Counted from the first letter of the whole stretch, positions 1-14,681 are shown. The stretch is DNA of 63,360 nt, filler included, from Octopus bimaculoides (GCF_001194135.2; 6 parts of 4 records of this genome joined end to end with filler, not necessarily neighbours in it); one strand, 5' to 3'. Numbers and translations are program-made. The notes: generated by a model not told the origin, from the letters alone.

Positions 1-2429
1 TATATATATATATATATATCTGTGTGTGTGTCTGCATGTGTATTTGTGTGTCCGTGTTTGTTCCACCACTACCGCTTGACAACCAATGCTGGTGTGTTTA
101 CGTCCCCGTAACATAGCGGTTCGGCAAAATACCCCGATAGCATAAGTACAAGGCTCACTAAGAAAAAAATTAAACCAAGTGGTAAGAAAGTATGAAGGGA
201 GATGAGCAGCAGAAGATCGTCAGAGAAGAACTTCCCTTCAGCAAGTTTTTCGGCCCTTTACTTCTTTTACTCATGATTCGTGACGCTCTACCCTGACACT
301 TTTTAGATACCTGAGCATCGGAGACGTGTATTTAAACCATTGCCATCTATTCTTTTGTATTAAAGGAATATAATTATCCGGTTCAGAGCTCTGTATGTGT
401 ATAAATACTAGACTTGACAGATCCATTACACTTCAGATCAAATCTTATTCGTTTTATCAACCTCACTAAATGATGTAGCTCTTAGGCGAATGCTTTAAAA
501 GTGCACGGAAACACACGCGCGCGCGCACACACTATTACAACTTGCAAAACCATCGATCACTCATAGGAAAGGGTTACTCACAACTACCGTGTAATAAGTA
601 GAGAGAGATTAGTTGTTGTTATTACAGAGCCTTAGAAAGTGCATAAATATATATATAATTATATTTTTTCTTAACGCAAGCACAAGCCTTGTAAATCAAG
701 TGAAGATTTAACCGATTGAATAAATTTCTATACTTGATGTAATTTATTTAATCACAGTATATCGAAAGGAAAAAAAAAGCGAAATATCCACTTTGAATTT
801 AATTCAGAACTTATAGATCTGAAACAATGTATGTTGTCCAACGACTGGAACTGGTGGTTGCAGACGGACTGATATACTTCCTAGCAGAAAAGAAATTAAA
901 AGGAAAATGTAATACGGAAAAATGTTGCCGAATATAAATCGCAATATCCATCTAGAACTCATGGACAGCAAGCAATATGGCACAAACTAGTGAAATAATC
1001 GCCAACGTATACAGGTATTTATTCTTTCTATTACAAATACAACTTTACCCAGAATAACAGGTAAAAGCTCAAGGAATTTGCGCTTCAGTGAGACAATATA
1101 GCATCTATCAAACCTGTGTGTAATTGTATGTTTGTCTCTGTGTACGTATGTGCGTGCGCTCGTGTGTGTGCGTGCGCTTTTGTGTGTGCGCTTGTGTGTG
1201 CGTGCGAGTGTAAGTGTGTAGGTGTGTGTGTGTGTGTCTATGTGTCTATTTTGTAGTTTTTCAGTTATATATTTTTTTATTTGTGAGCATTACTTTTATG
1301 TTTTCTCGGGCTGGGGTCAATAAGTAGGTAACGTTATTAAACTGAAATCGATTGAAACGTCTCCACGCTATGAACAATTGCTTTTCCGCACTTAAAGAGG
1401 AAACACACTTTTTTCTTTTTTTTTTTTCTTTTATGGTAGTCTCGTATTTTCTTTAAAAAGTTCTACTCAATTGCATATGTGTGCAGGTGCGTTTATAAAG
1501 AGATACGTCTCCTCGAGTATATCGACGTATGCGTTATCATTCCACTCGTAAACTACAAAACAATGGCTTACATACACATGGTAATTTATTATATGTATGT
1601 ATGTATGTATGTATGTACGTATGCATATATATATATATATATATATACATGCATATAAACATATGTATATACATACACATATATACATATATATGCACGC
1701 ACACATATACATATACATATATGGAGATATAGACACTTAAACTTATAGACATATATATATTTGAATGCATATATTGTATGTACACATACTTACCCACATA
1801 CATATACATACATATATATATAGTGATACATATACATACATATATATATAGTGATAGATATACGTATATCTATGCATACACACATACACTCACACACTAA
1901 TACACACACGTATATTTATATATGCATATATATTTATATATATGTATGTGGGGAGGAAACAGCAGAGAGAGAGTGAAAGTTTGAGAGTACCCCCGTACCC
2001 TTTATCATGAACATAAAAGAAAAGACATGGCATATTCAACCGTGACTGATGTGGGAGTGTCTACATTACCATATACACTCTTGATAATGTCTGTATACAG
2101 CCAATCTAAAACCATCTTCCTAATGACGCACCGACATTATGTTTAGCAACATCTCCGTAAAAGGAAAATTTCTTCATTATTTCCCACCTACGAAACATCT
2201 CGGATGATTTATGGAAGTTATAACTAAACTAACTCCGACAAACGGTATGTAGTCTCCATTAAAATTAACCTACATACAAAGTCACATTCTGAGAAACACC
2301 CTCCTGTACCCTCTCCCCATACACTGCTCTTAACTTTTTTGTCTTTTGCGAAAATTCTATTCTCTCTTTGATATAAACACGTGCCTTTTCTCATCCAATA
2401 CCCAATACACACTACTCACTCGTTCTCTC

Positions 2430-2481
<52 letters not shown>

Positions 2482-2615
2482 AGTCTGTCTCTCTCTAACT
2501 TTCCTTAACTCACTCTCTTCTCTTCTGTAGCTATCATTAGAAGCGAAGCATGCGTGAATATGTCAGTACGCGTAAGTATGTATCTCTTTCTTTCTCTTTC
2601 ACTCTTTTCCTGTTT

Positions 2616-2657
<42 letters not shown>

Positions 2658-2722
2658 TATGCATTTATGTAAGTATAAATATTATATATATATGTCTGTG
2701 TGTGTATGTGTGTGTGTGTATG

Positions 2723-2756
<34 letters not shown>

Positions 2757-2899
2757 CGTGTGTGTGTATGTATGTATGTATGTATGTATTTATATATAAT
2801 TACACACACATGTAAAGTATACAGATATATAAGCACATGCATGTCAGTGTGTGTACACTCACACACACACACACATATATATATGCATACACACATGCC

Positions 2900-2931
<32 letters not shown>

Positions 2932-4029
2932 AAACACACATATATAAATATGCATATCTATTATATCTCTTTCATTTTGTACACATATATACACACACAG
3001 CTCGCACTCACTCGCTATACGTTTGTAAATATCTCTCTGTCTCTCTCTCTCTCTCTCAGCTTCGCAGTTACCTGTTTTGTTAAGTCAGTTGTAATTACTG
3101 CGGAGGTGGAGCTTACGCAGTTATTCAAACGTGCGTTTTTACTTCAAAATTAGTAACGTAGAACAGTAAACTATTGAAAACAACTCTACTTTGAAGAGAA
3201 TAGCGTTGGAAAGCAACCTTAAGTTTTAGCAGTTCGGCACATTGATTGTAACACGAGAGTATTGATAGAAAAGCGACTGTTTAGATTAAATAAATAATAG
3301 ACGCCACACCTACCGGTGACACCCTCGACCATTTCTATGCAACTACAGGTATGATGGCTACATATTTTTTTTTTCTACAAATGGGCGTTGACATCCTATG
3401 AATGAGAAACTGTGCGCAGCTAAGTGCTAAAGAAGTTTCTTGCAAAAAACTGGTTNNNNNNNNNNNNNNNNNNNNNNNNNNNNNNNNNNNNNNNNNNNNN
3501 NNNNNNNNNNNNNNNNNNNNNNNNNNNNNNNNNNNNNNNNNNNNNNNNNNNNNNNNNNNNNNNNNNNNNNNNNNNNNNNNNNNNNNNNNNNNNNNNNNNN
3601 NNNNNNNNNNNNNNNNNNNNNNNNNNNNNNNNNNNNNNNNNNNNNNNNNNNNNNNNNNNNNNNNNNNNNNNNNNNNNNNNNNNNNNNNNNNNNNNNNNNN
3701 NNNNNNNNNNNNNNNNNNNNNNNNNNNNNNNNNNNNNNNNNNNNNNNNNNNNNNNNNNNNNNNNNNNNNNNNNNNNNNNNNNNNNNNNNNNNNNNNNNNN
3801 NNNNNNNNNNNNNNNNNNNNNNNNNNNNNNNNNNNNNNNNNNNNNNNNNNNNNNNNNNNNNNNNNNNNNNNNNNNNNNNNNNNNNNNNNNNNNNNNNNNN
3901 NNNNNNNNNNNNNNNNNNNNNNNNNNNNNNNNNNNNNNNNNNNNNNNNNNNNNNNNNNNNNNNNNNNNNNNNNNNNNNNNNNNNNNNNNNNNNNNNNNNN
4001 NNNNNNNNNNNNNNNNNNNNNNNNNNNNN

Positions 4030-4064
<35 letters not shown>

Positions 4065-4811
4065 TCTTCTCTACACAAAACTTCGACACACCCAGGGACA
4101 CATCTTGCAAACATACTTGAATGCGTACAGCGGGTGGTTTTTAAATTGAACCATATGCAAGAAACAATCGTATACTGTGAAAAAGATACCAAAGCGGGAA
4201 TTCTAACGATTTTTATACAGAGTTACATCCAAAGAGATGAAGAAAATAAGCACAGACTAGCAATTTCGTAATCCTTGATGAACGTCAGAAAAGCAATCAC
4301 AGTGTACATCGGGCCACATCCAGGTTGTATATCTAAATCATAACGGGAAACATTAGATACAGAAATATACCATTATGGGTGTCTTGGCATCATTGCTATT
4401 ACATCAACGACAAGGGGAAATAGGAGATGATCTTCTGCTGCACCTTCAAGAACGGAAACTTTCAGAACGTACACAACATTTAAGAAATGCATCGACGCAA
4501 CTCAAATATATTGTAGATTTTTCAACATTAAGACTATAGTCATGTATGCGTAATTATAGGTAACGCTCTGATTCATGCAAACATAAAATAGAAGCTAAAA
4601 TATTCTTATATCATGGAATTGCTACAGTTCCTGTAGACTCTAGAATCTAGAGTCTAGATAGTTAGCCAAATAATATCCATGATTTGCTCAAGTGAAGATT
4701 GATGCATTTGGATTTTGAATCATTTTTAATCGGTCCATAGCCAAGCACTTCATCCAAAAATCTTTAGAATTAACTAATAAAAAAAAAGCAATAAGATAGA
4801 GCAAAAATATA

Positions 4812-4870
<59 letters not shown>

Positions 4871-5628
4871 TATATATGTATGCATATATATATGTTTGTG
4901 TAATGGGGGCGGATATGCTTGCATGTATGTATGCATGAATGCATCTACATAAAAATGTGCTGGTAACAAACACGGAAACAATATTTTGGGGCATATTGGG
5001 AACGATCTAAGAGTAGGGATTTCCGGTTTAGTCGGATTAAAGTTTCTACACTCAAGAAAAATAATATCTTGTTACATTACTGTGTGACTTCTGCAGAAGG
5101 AGACCGAGGAGCACAAAATCTCATTGTGATGAGATTTGGCTCTGATACGAAGCTGATCAATTTCCTCGATGCAGCAGTAAATGTCAATACAGGACATAAC
5201 TGCCCGTAGTGGAAGATGACAATCAGACATTATATAAAATGTATGGATACATATGTGTGTGTGTGTGTGCGTATGTGTTAAAACAAACACGCTCACACAC
5301 AAATACTGGTTCTACAAAGGGTATATTTAGAGGTAAAAACACAAGTTCATAAAACATAATTTGTTTTAGTTTTAATAGACGTTACAGATTCTTCGTTGTA
5401 ACTTCTATCGATTAAATACATACACACATGCATTCACACACACACACACACACATACACATACACACATACACATACACGCACCTATATATACATACATA
5501 TATATATATTTGTATGTATGCATGCATGTACGTATGTATATATATATAGTTCAAATTTACGGAAAACAATAGACAAAGAGATGTGTACGAACAACAAACA
5601 GGCGTATTATTTAGATCCCCGGGAAAGT

Positions 5629-5664
5629 CTTTCACGTTTCGAGTGCACGCTCTTCAACAGAAAG
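5629..5664 (-). ncRNA. Minimal hammerhead-like motif in a putative Penelope-type LTR fragment
   Basis: Minus strand: CTTT CTGTTGA A GAG-CGTGCA-CTC GAA ACGT G AAAG. A related copy, truncated by a gap, is at 48239-48263. The core has a non-canonical A6>U change. Confidence 0.35.
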
Positions 5665-6122
5665 GAATAAGAGAAAATAAACAGAGACGGGGAAAAAATA
5701 ATTGTGGATTTAGCGATCAAGCTTGGCGACAAACATATTTGTTTGTATGTCTGTCTGTCTATATATGTGCATATCAGTTAATGATATCCAGCGTTATTCT
5801 CTAATGTTTAACCATTCATGAGAAACAGTGTCAATCTACTCAAGGAGTCAAACTTGTAGGGGTCAGGATCTCACCAAACCATATTAAACATAATCTTATG
5901 GAACAAATAAGGACTTATGCCTTTGCCATTGCTAAAACATTTAGAATTTAGACCGACCATATTCTACCTGTTTTTGTTCAAACCAACCAGACCTGGCGTC
6001 TCACACCTACCCTAAATGTCATTCTATAAATAAGCAATAACTTCAAAGCTACCAGATAATTCATGAATAATTAAAACAATCTAAATTAATTAGCATTTCA
6101 TTTGACAGCGTAATCTGAATGC

Positions 6123-6500
6123 TTTCACTTCACTACCGAGCGCAGCTCTGTGCGCCTTGGGTGTGTGCTGTGGTTTGCTGCGGTGCTCTTATGTTTACTG
6201 TATTGAAAGTGTTTTGCGTAGAATGTGTGCAGTACCCAGTAGTGCAATTTTCTGTATGTTATATATATTTGTAAGTCCTGGTGTTTTTGTTATGTGTTTT
6301 TATTATACCTAAGGCACCTACTATGATAGGAATTGTTTCTGTTTTTAGATTCCACATTCGAGTTATCTCTATTTCTAGGTCTTCGTATTTTGAAAGTTTT
6401 TCCATTTCTTTTAGAGAGACGTTGTCATCTGCTGGTATTGATACATCAATTAGAAAGCATTTTTTTTTCTTCATGATCTTTGACTACTATATCTGGTCTA
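6123..6500 (-). mobile_element. REL-endonuclease non-LTR retrotransposon 3' end, R4/Dong-like
   Basis: Minus-strand [57 protein letters not shown], then after a frameshift NIQKIALLGTAHILRKTLSIQ*, followed by a short 3' UTR. Confidence 0.9.
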
Positions 6501-6545
6501 TNNNNNNNNNNNNNNNNNNNNNNNNNNNNNNNNNNNNNNNNNNNN

Positions 6546-6557
6546 TTAATTAATTAA
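6546..6557. other. Assembly gap linker TTAATTAATTAA (artefact)
   Basis: The identical 12-mer is embedded between N runs at 6546, 32357, 38710, 48308 and 61777. It places stop codons in all six frames. Confidence 0.9.
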
Positions 6558-6733
6558 NNNNNNNNNNNNNNNNNNNNNNNNNNNNNNNNNNNNNNNNNNN
6601 NTATTAATTCACAATTTAAAATCAAGTGGCCTAGCATATAAAACAATCTGAAAATTCATAGAAAATTGTATTACACGTGTATAAGGCATGACCACTAAGT
6701 GGACATCCAATATGCTAGCATATTGGATGTCCA

Positions 6734-6985
6734 ATTTTTTGCCGAACCGCTAAGTTACCGGGATGTAAACACACCAGCATCGGCTGTCAAGCGATGTTGG
6801 GGGGACAAACACAGATACACATACATCTATATGTACATATATACGACGGGCTTCTTTCAGTTTCCGTCTACCAAACCCACTCACAAGGCTTTGGTCGGCC
6901 CGAGGCTATAGTAGAAGACACTTGCCCAAGGTGCCACGCAGTGGGAATGAACCCGGAACCATGTAGTTTGTATGCAAGCTACTTG
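6734..6985 (-). mobile_element. SINE family 1 copy (inverted, 3'-truncated)
   Basis: Reverse complement of the family 1 head and body. Further partial copies are at about 47-165(+), 11430-11600(-), 12060-12185(-), 13310-13510(-), 24720-24835(+), 34165-34345(-), 41755-41900(-), 58715-58850(+) and 60710-60795(-). Confidence 0.85.
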
Positions 6986-7907
6986 CCACACAGCCACTCT
7001 TCAAATTTTGACACAAGGCCAGCATTTTTAGTAAGTCTGTTACATCGACCCGTTGCTCAACTGGTACTTATCTTATGGACACCAAAAGGATGAAAGGCAA
7101 AGTCGACCTCGGCGGAATTCGAACTCCGAACGTAAAGACGGACTAAATGCCGCTAAACATTTTGTTCGGCTTGATAACGATTGTGCCAGCTCGTCACCTT
7201 CCTTTACGTATAAATATGCTAAGACCATGCAACATACACAAAAATATTACCTCAAATGGCCAAATAAACAGACAGCGACACACACACATACACATCTATT
7301 CATGCGCACACGCACACGCACACGCATGCACAAATTAACAAATGCGCATATACATTCACATGTACAAATAGATTACATGTCCGTCACTTCGTTCCCTTGT
7401 TCCCTGCTCCCATTCTCCACTCTTGCTCCCTTCTACTCGGATTATAAATCTGAAGTCGCTCTCTCCAACCGCCCTTTTATTCAATCATTTAATATTGTGT
7501 TTTAATAGCCACCATGTCAGCCATGTTGAAACGGCGTTAACAGCCTCAGTCTGGGGTCTATGTTGAGATAACGCTAATAGCGCTGACGGCAGCCATTATA
7601 CAACACGCATTCACAACTTAATATTCTCTCTCTCTCCCTCTCTCTTTTCCTCTCCTCCTTCATTCAATCATCAAACCATCCCCTCCTGCTCCCTCTCTCA
7701 ATATCAATCACTCAGTCATTAATTTGCCTCCTCTCTGTCTCTCTTTGTCTCTCTTTGTCTCACTCAATCAGTATTTCACTTCCTCTCTCTCTTATTCTTA
7801 CCATCCACAATACCCTCTTCCCCTTCCTCTCCCAATTTTTATTTCTCTCAAACGAATCACCCAGTTTTTAATTCACTCCGTCTCTCTCTCTCTTTCTCTC
7901 TCTCCCT

Positions 7908-7939
<32 letters not shown>

Positions 7940-8819
7940 GTCAATGTCAATCTCACACATACGTTCACTAATTCGCTCCATCTCTCCCCTCCCTCTCTGC
8001 CTTTCACTCTCTTTCTTTCTGCCTGTCACTCTTTCTGTCTCTCTGTCGATGCCCAACTCACTCATTCACTAATTCAGGTCTCTCACTCTCTCTCAAACTC
8101 TCACTCTCTCTCAAACTCTCACTCTCTTTCAAACTCTCACTCTCTCTCTTTCTCTCTGACTCGCGTGTCCGCCACCACTATTACCACCACCACCACTACC
8201 ATCACCACCACACCACCACCACCAACAACAACAACAACTTCACTATCACCATCACCACTACCGACACCATCACCAGTCCTACCAACTCCACCCCCATCAT
8301 CCACCACGTTCACCGTAACCCGCCTGATCTGATCTAATGATAAGCTATCAGGCCGTGTCGGTAGTAATTATCACTTGAAGAAGACGCCAGCACGTGGAAC
8401 CTTTTAACGTAAACGTAACGAGGGTGAGACAGAGAGGGGGGAGGGGAGAGAGGGAAGGAAGGAGGAAGNNNNNNNNNNNNNNNNNNNNNNNNNNNNNNNN
8501 NNNNNNNNNNNNNNNNNNNNNNNNNNNNNNNNNNNNNNNNNNNNNNNNNNNNNNNNNNNNNNNNNNNNNNNNNNNNNNNNNNNNNNNNNNNNNNNNNNNN
8601 NNNNNNNNNNNNNNNNNNNNNNNNNNNNNNNNNNNNNNNNNNNNNNNNNNNNNNNNNNNNNNNNNNNNNNNNNNNNNNNNNNNNNNNNNNNNNNNNNNNN
8701 NNNNAGGAAGAGATTGGATTGGATTGGCTTGGTTTGGTTTGATTTGGTTTGGTTTGGTTTGGTTTGGCGTGGAATGGTGTGGAATGGGAAGGTATGTGTT
8801 GTTTCGGGTGGGAAACAGT

Positions 8820-8850
<31 letters not shown>

Positions 8851-9111
8851 AAGAGAGAGGGAGAGTGTGTGTGTGTGTGTGTAGATATATACAGACATAT
8901 ACAAATATCGGTGCACGCATATACATACATATACATACATTAATTACGCACACACATAAGTTCACGCACGCAGACATACACACACATTAACGCATAAACA
9001 CATTGTCTTATAAAATTAAATATATCCAGACACACACAAACACATTATCACACACACACACACACACACATCTATACACAGACATGCACACACACACACA
9101 CACATACACAC

Positions 9112-9149
<38 letters not shown>

Positions 9150-9877
9150 GCGGTAATAAGTTTACGCCGACAAAAATATACGCATGCAAATGGAAATAGA
9201 AAGTCACATAGACTATTAGTGACCTCACATAACGCACGTGCACACATACACNNNNNNNNNNNNNNNNNNNNNNNNNNNNNNNNNNNNNNNNNNNNNNNNN
9301 NNNNNNNNNNNNNNNNNNNNNNNNNNNNNNNNNNNNNNNNNNNNNNNNNNNNNNNNNNNNNNNNNNNNNNNNNNNNNNNNNNNNNNNNNNNNNNNNNNNN
9401 NNNNNNNNNNNNNNNNNNNNNNNNNNNNNNNNNNNNNNNNNNNNNNNNNNNNNNNNNNNNNNNNNNNNNNNNNNNNNNNNNNNNNNNNNNNNNNNNNNNN
9501 NNNNNNNNNNNNNNNNNNNNNNNNNNNNNNNNNNNNNNNNNNNNNNNNNNNNNNNNNNNNNNNNNNNNNNNNNNNNNNNNNNNNNNNNNNNNNNNNNNNN
9601 NNNNNNNNNNNNNNNNNNNNNNNNNNNNNNNNNNNNNNNNNNNNNNNNNNNNNNNNNNNNNNNNNNNNNNNNNNNNNNNNNNNNNNNNNNNNNNNNNNNN
9701 NNNNNNNNNNNNNNNNNNNNNNNNNNNNNNNNNNNNNNNNNNNNNNNNNNNNNNNNNNNNNNNNNNNNNNNNNNNNNNNNNNNNNNNNNNNNNNNNNNNN
9801 NNNNNNNNNNNNNNNNNNNNNNNNNNNNNNNNNNNNNNNNNNNNNNNNNNNNNNNNNNNTGGAGATGTGCAGAGCTG

Positions 9878-9939
<62 letters not shown>

Positions 9940-10134
9940 GTGTTGAGATGCGTGGAGTTGTATAGAAGTGGTGGGAGGAAGGTGGTGTGTAACTGGGAGA
10001 AGAATGGAAGTAAGATGGAAATACGCGGAGATGAGGTTGAACGGTAAAATGGGGGTGGTGCTGGGAGGAATCATACTACGACAGAGATGCAGGAGTCTTT
10101 ATAAACATATAGACGTCACTTCACATACATACAC

Positions 10135-10165
<31 letters not shown>

Positions 10166-10770
10166 GATACACACACATGCACATACGCACACTCATATAA
10201 TCACATACGTACATACACGCATAAACGCAAACACATTGTAAGCCGTTCATTCATACATTTACAACACTCCACTCGCATGCAGATAGCGAAAGTGCTGTCG
10301 TTTAGAGGCTAACAACTTGGGCGATATATTTTGGTCTTTTATGTGGGTGAAGATTTTTTTCAAAGCCATAGCTTTCAGCAGAGAATTCGTTATTGAATGC
10401 TTGATCTTGGACTGATAATATGGGTAATATATATTTATCAAGTAGAAATTAGTTGTTATTCAATCGTTTTTATATTTATTCATTCAGTAGCTTATTCATT
10501 CAATAAGTGATTTTTATTCATTCTCGTGTGGCAGATTTTCTCATTTTAAAATCATAAACCAGAAAAACCACACGAACAATTTGCTAAACGGCTCAGGGGC
10601 CCTCGTTGTATTAGAACAGTCAATAGATTCTACATCAGCTATAGCTATCATCATACAATGATCACATCGTTACATTACTGGCTTTACAAACAAAGCTTCT
10701 ATGGCCGCTGTGATAATGTAACAGTCAATGTTACGCATTACTAGCCGCCATTATAATATGAAGATAGCCT

Positions 10771-10811
<41 letters not shown>

Positions 10812-10896
10812 TACACACGCAAAAAAGAACTACAACCCTCACTTCTTTACAATACTGCAACGCCATGATTGTTATTGTAAGAAGGATAATATAAAA

Positions 10897-11110
10897 TGGC
10901 GAACTGGCAGAATCGTTAGCACGCCGGACAAAATGCTTAGCGACATTTCATCCGTCTTTACATTCTGAGTTCAAATTCTGCCGAGGTTGACTTTGCCGTT
11001 CATCCTTTCGAGGTCGATAAATTAAGTACCATTTGCGTACTGGTATCGATCTAATCAACTGGCTTCCTCCCCCAAAATTTCGGGCCTTGTGCCAAGAGTA
11101 GCAAAAGAAT
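10897..11110 (+). mobile_element. tRNA-derived SINE, family 2
   Basis: ctggcagaatcgttagcacgccgg...ctgagttcaaattctgccgaggttgactttgcc..ttcatcctttcg.ggtcgataaattaagtacc. Other copies are at about 7040-7195(-), 16295-16470, 18950-19085(-), 32470-32645(+), 56640-56800(-) and 58490-58645(+). Confidence 0.85.
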
Positions 11111-11643
11111 ATTGTAACGCCATGATTGTAATTGTAAGAAGGACAATATAAAACATCGAGATGGCAGAATCGTTAGCATGCCGGACAAAACGCTAAGCGA
11201 CATTTCGTGGTATGGATATTGTAGTTTAGCTCCGGGCCGGCCCTAAACGACTACAACAACATCTATACGTTTTACGTTTACGAGAGAGATTGTATGCGGT
11301 CTTTCAAACTGCTAGAAATAGCAACAAACTCTCCATCAGTTTACACCATAGTGACTTAAAACAGGGAAGAACACCATGTCTAGAGAAGTTCTAGAGATCT
11401 GTTATCTTTCTCATTAACTTGTTTCCGTCATTGAACTGTGGTCAGGCTGAGGCACCACCTTCAAGGGTTTTAGTCAACCTTCGTATTTTGATTTTGTTTG
11501 TAAAATTTGGTGCTTATTCTACCGTTTTCTTTTGCCGAACCGCTAGGATAGTAGAACGTACACAGACCAATACCAATTGTCAAATCGTTTGGCGCAAAAC
11601 AAACATGCATATAATATATAAATGCATATATGCACATACATAC

Positions 11644-11701
<58 letters not shown>

Positions 11702-12686
11702 TATGTGTGCACGTATATGTGTGTGTATGTGCATGCATATATATGTAACACACACACAAACAAACACACATATTCAGATTTTGTTATACAAGCAGCACCA
11801 TGATAGAAACATTATCAATACCACGTAGTTGACGCATGCGTGTTGTTTAAACGCCAGAAGCGACGATTCTTCGTTCGCCAAAATTCATTTAAAGATGTGA
11901 AGAGTTAAAAGAAACACATTATACGTCAGAACTAGGCGAAACGAAATAATCTCAGAAATGATCATTTCGCAATGATCAAGTTAGTCAGAAATGATCAGAA
12001 ATGATCACGTTATTGGGAGATAAGGTATTTCGCTGTACTTGCAGCTTTGGATATATATATATATATATACAACGGGATTCTACACAGTTTCCGTCTATCA
12101 AATTCACTGGAAAGGCATTGTTCAGCCTTCCTGGACTTATAGTAGGAGGCACTTGCCCGAGGTGCCGCGCAGTGGGATTGAACTAATAAATAAAAACGAA
12201 ACAAAAAAAAATGTGGATGGTCATAGCCCGGAACCGCTTTGATCATAGAATTTACTCACTAAGACCTGGGCCTATGGCTAAACCTTAAGCAACGATGACA
12301 ACACCACCGCGAAAAATAAGGGCGGCGGCAGCAGCAGCAGCGGCAGCAGTAGCAATAACTGCAGCAAAGACACCATCAGGAACAGCTCTTTCCTCCACTG
12401 CACTCTGTTGTTTTCCATGACATTCGTCCACTACCAAGCCTGCACACAGCCCCTCCCCTCGTTTTTATTACCACATTTCCCCCTTAATAGGGTAACAAAT
12501 GAAATCGATATCGTGACCCCTCGAGGCGAGAAACCACCAGCACCCTATCAATTTGCAACTATACATGGTGTGTGATGTGACAATCACTCACAGGAAATGG
12601 ATGCTGAAGGTATTAATGACAATACTGACGATGCTGTTCATAATAATAATAATAATAATAATAATAGTAATAATAATAATATTAAC

Positions 12687-12736
<50 letters not shown>

Positions 12737-12937
12737 TGATGATGATAATAAAATGAAGACAATAACAAAAAGCAAGGGTCTTTTATAATGGTAATTAAGA
12801 TCTGTCCCCTTTGCTCCTTGCTAATTACAATTCGTCCGTATCAGTGGACCCTTTTTTTTGTGTAGACAGCTTTTGCGTAGTTGCATCTCCGTATGTTGAT
12901 GTGTTCGTGCGTGTGTGTATGTGTGCATGTGTATGCA

Positions 12938-12980
<43 letters not shown>

Positions 12981-13680
12981 CTACGTTTATGGGTTCTAAT
13001 AAAGAAGCTACGTGTTGTATGTGTGTGTGTGTATGTGTGTATGTGTGTGTGCATGAATTTATGTGTGTCTGCAGATATATCAGTGTCTCAACGTAGCTGT
13101 GTGTGTGCGTGTGTGCCTTTAAGATTGTATCTATGTATGTATGTATGGATGGATGTATGCGAGAGTGCGTGTATATATATGTGTGTGTGTGTATGAATGT
13201 TTGTATGTTGTTATGTCTATATATAACTTTATGCACGTTTGCGGCTGGGCATGTATAAGCGCGAGGTTGATATTTTTTTTTTTTAGCTTGCTTCTTTTAT
13301 TCTTTTACTTGCTTCAATCATTTTTCTTTTACTGCGGCCATGCTGGAGCATCGCCTTTACTCGAACAAATCGACCTCAGGACTTATTCTTTTGTAAGCCT
13401 AGTACTTTTTCTGTCAGTCTCTATTGCCAAAAACGCTAAGATAGAGGGACGTAAGCACAGCAACATCGGTTGTCAGGCGATGGCGGGGAGATAAACACAG
13501 ATACACAAATACATACAGACACACACACACACGTATATAATATATATATATTTATATATATTATATATATATAATATATATAATATATTTATAATGTATA
13601 TATATATACATATATAATATATATACTTCTTTACTCGTTTCCGCCATGCGGCCGTCGTTATGCTGGAGCACCAGTATATA

Positions 13681-13714
<34 letters not shown>

Positions 13715-14611
13715 NNNNNNNNNNNNNNNNNNNNNNNNNNNNNNNNNNNNNNNNNNNNNNNNNNNNNNNNNNNNNNNNNNNNNNNNNNNNNNNNNNNNNN
13801 NNNNNNNNNNNNNNNNNNNNNNNNNNNNNNNNNNNNNNNNNNNNNNNNNNNNNNNNNNNNNNNNNNNNNNNNNNNNNNNNNNNNNNNNNNNNNNNNNNNN
13901 NNNNNNNNNNNNNNNNNNNNNNNNNNNNNNNNNNNNNNNNNNNNNNNNNNNNNNNNNNNNNNNNNNNNNNNNNNNNNNNNNNNNNNNNNNNNNNNNNNNN
14001 NNNNNNNNNNNNNNNNNNNNNNNNNNNNNNNNNNNNNNNNNNNNNNNNNNNNNNNNNNNNNNNNNNNNNNNNNNNNNNNNNNNNNNNNNNNNNNNNNNNN
14101 NNNNNNNNNNNNNNNNNNNNNNNNNNNNNNNNNNNNNNNNNNNNNNNNNNNNNNNNNNNNNNNAGCTACTTTCATTGTTCACCAACCGTAAAATTTCAAA
14201 TCACTTCTTACCCTCATTTCAGCACTCTCTCTCTCTCTCTCTCTCTCTCGCTTTCTCTCTTTCTCTTCCTGTCTTCCTCCACCGTGCACGCGCGCGCGCA
14301 CACACCTACATACATATACACACAGAGAGTAAGTGTGAGAGAGACATATAGATGGAGAGAGAGAGAGATACACACACAAGAACACTTACACGCACACGCA
14401 TGCAGGCGCGCATACATGTACAGACACATTAGCTATATCACCACACACATATACACATTTATATATATATATATATACACACATACATACACACATATGC
14501 ATATATATATATATATGTGTGTGTGTGTATGTGTCTATGTATATATGTATGTGTGTATACATACATGCATATATGTATATTTATATGTGTGTATGTGTGT
14601 GTGTGATTTTA

Positions 14612-14681
<70 letters not shown>

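Noticed and set aside
6546-6557. Recurrent TTAATTAATTAA as a biological motif
   Set aside because: It always lies between N runs, so it is a scaffolding linker.
7724-8332. 202-aa ORF with SLSNSH repeats and a Thr/Pro tail (mucin-like)
   Set aside because: It is built from (CT)n, an 18-bp tandem repeat and (CAC)n.
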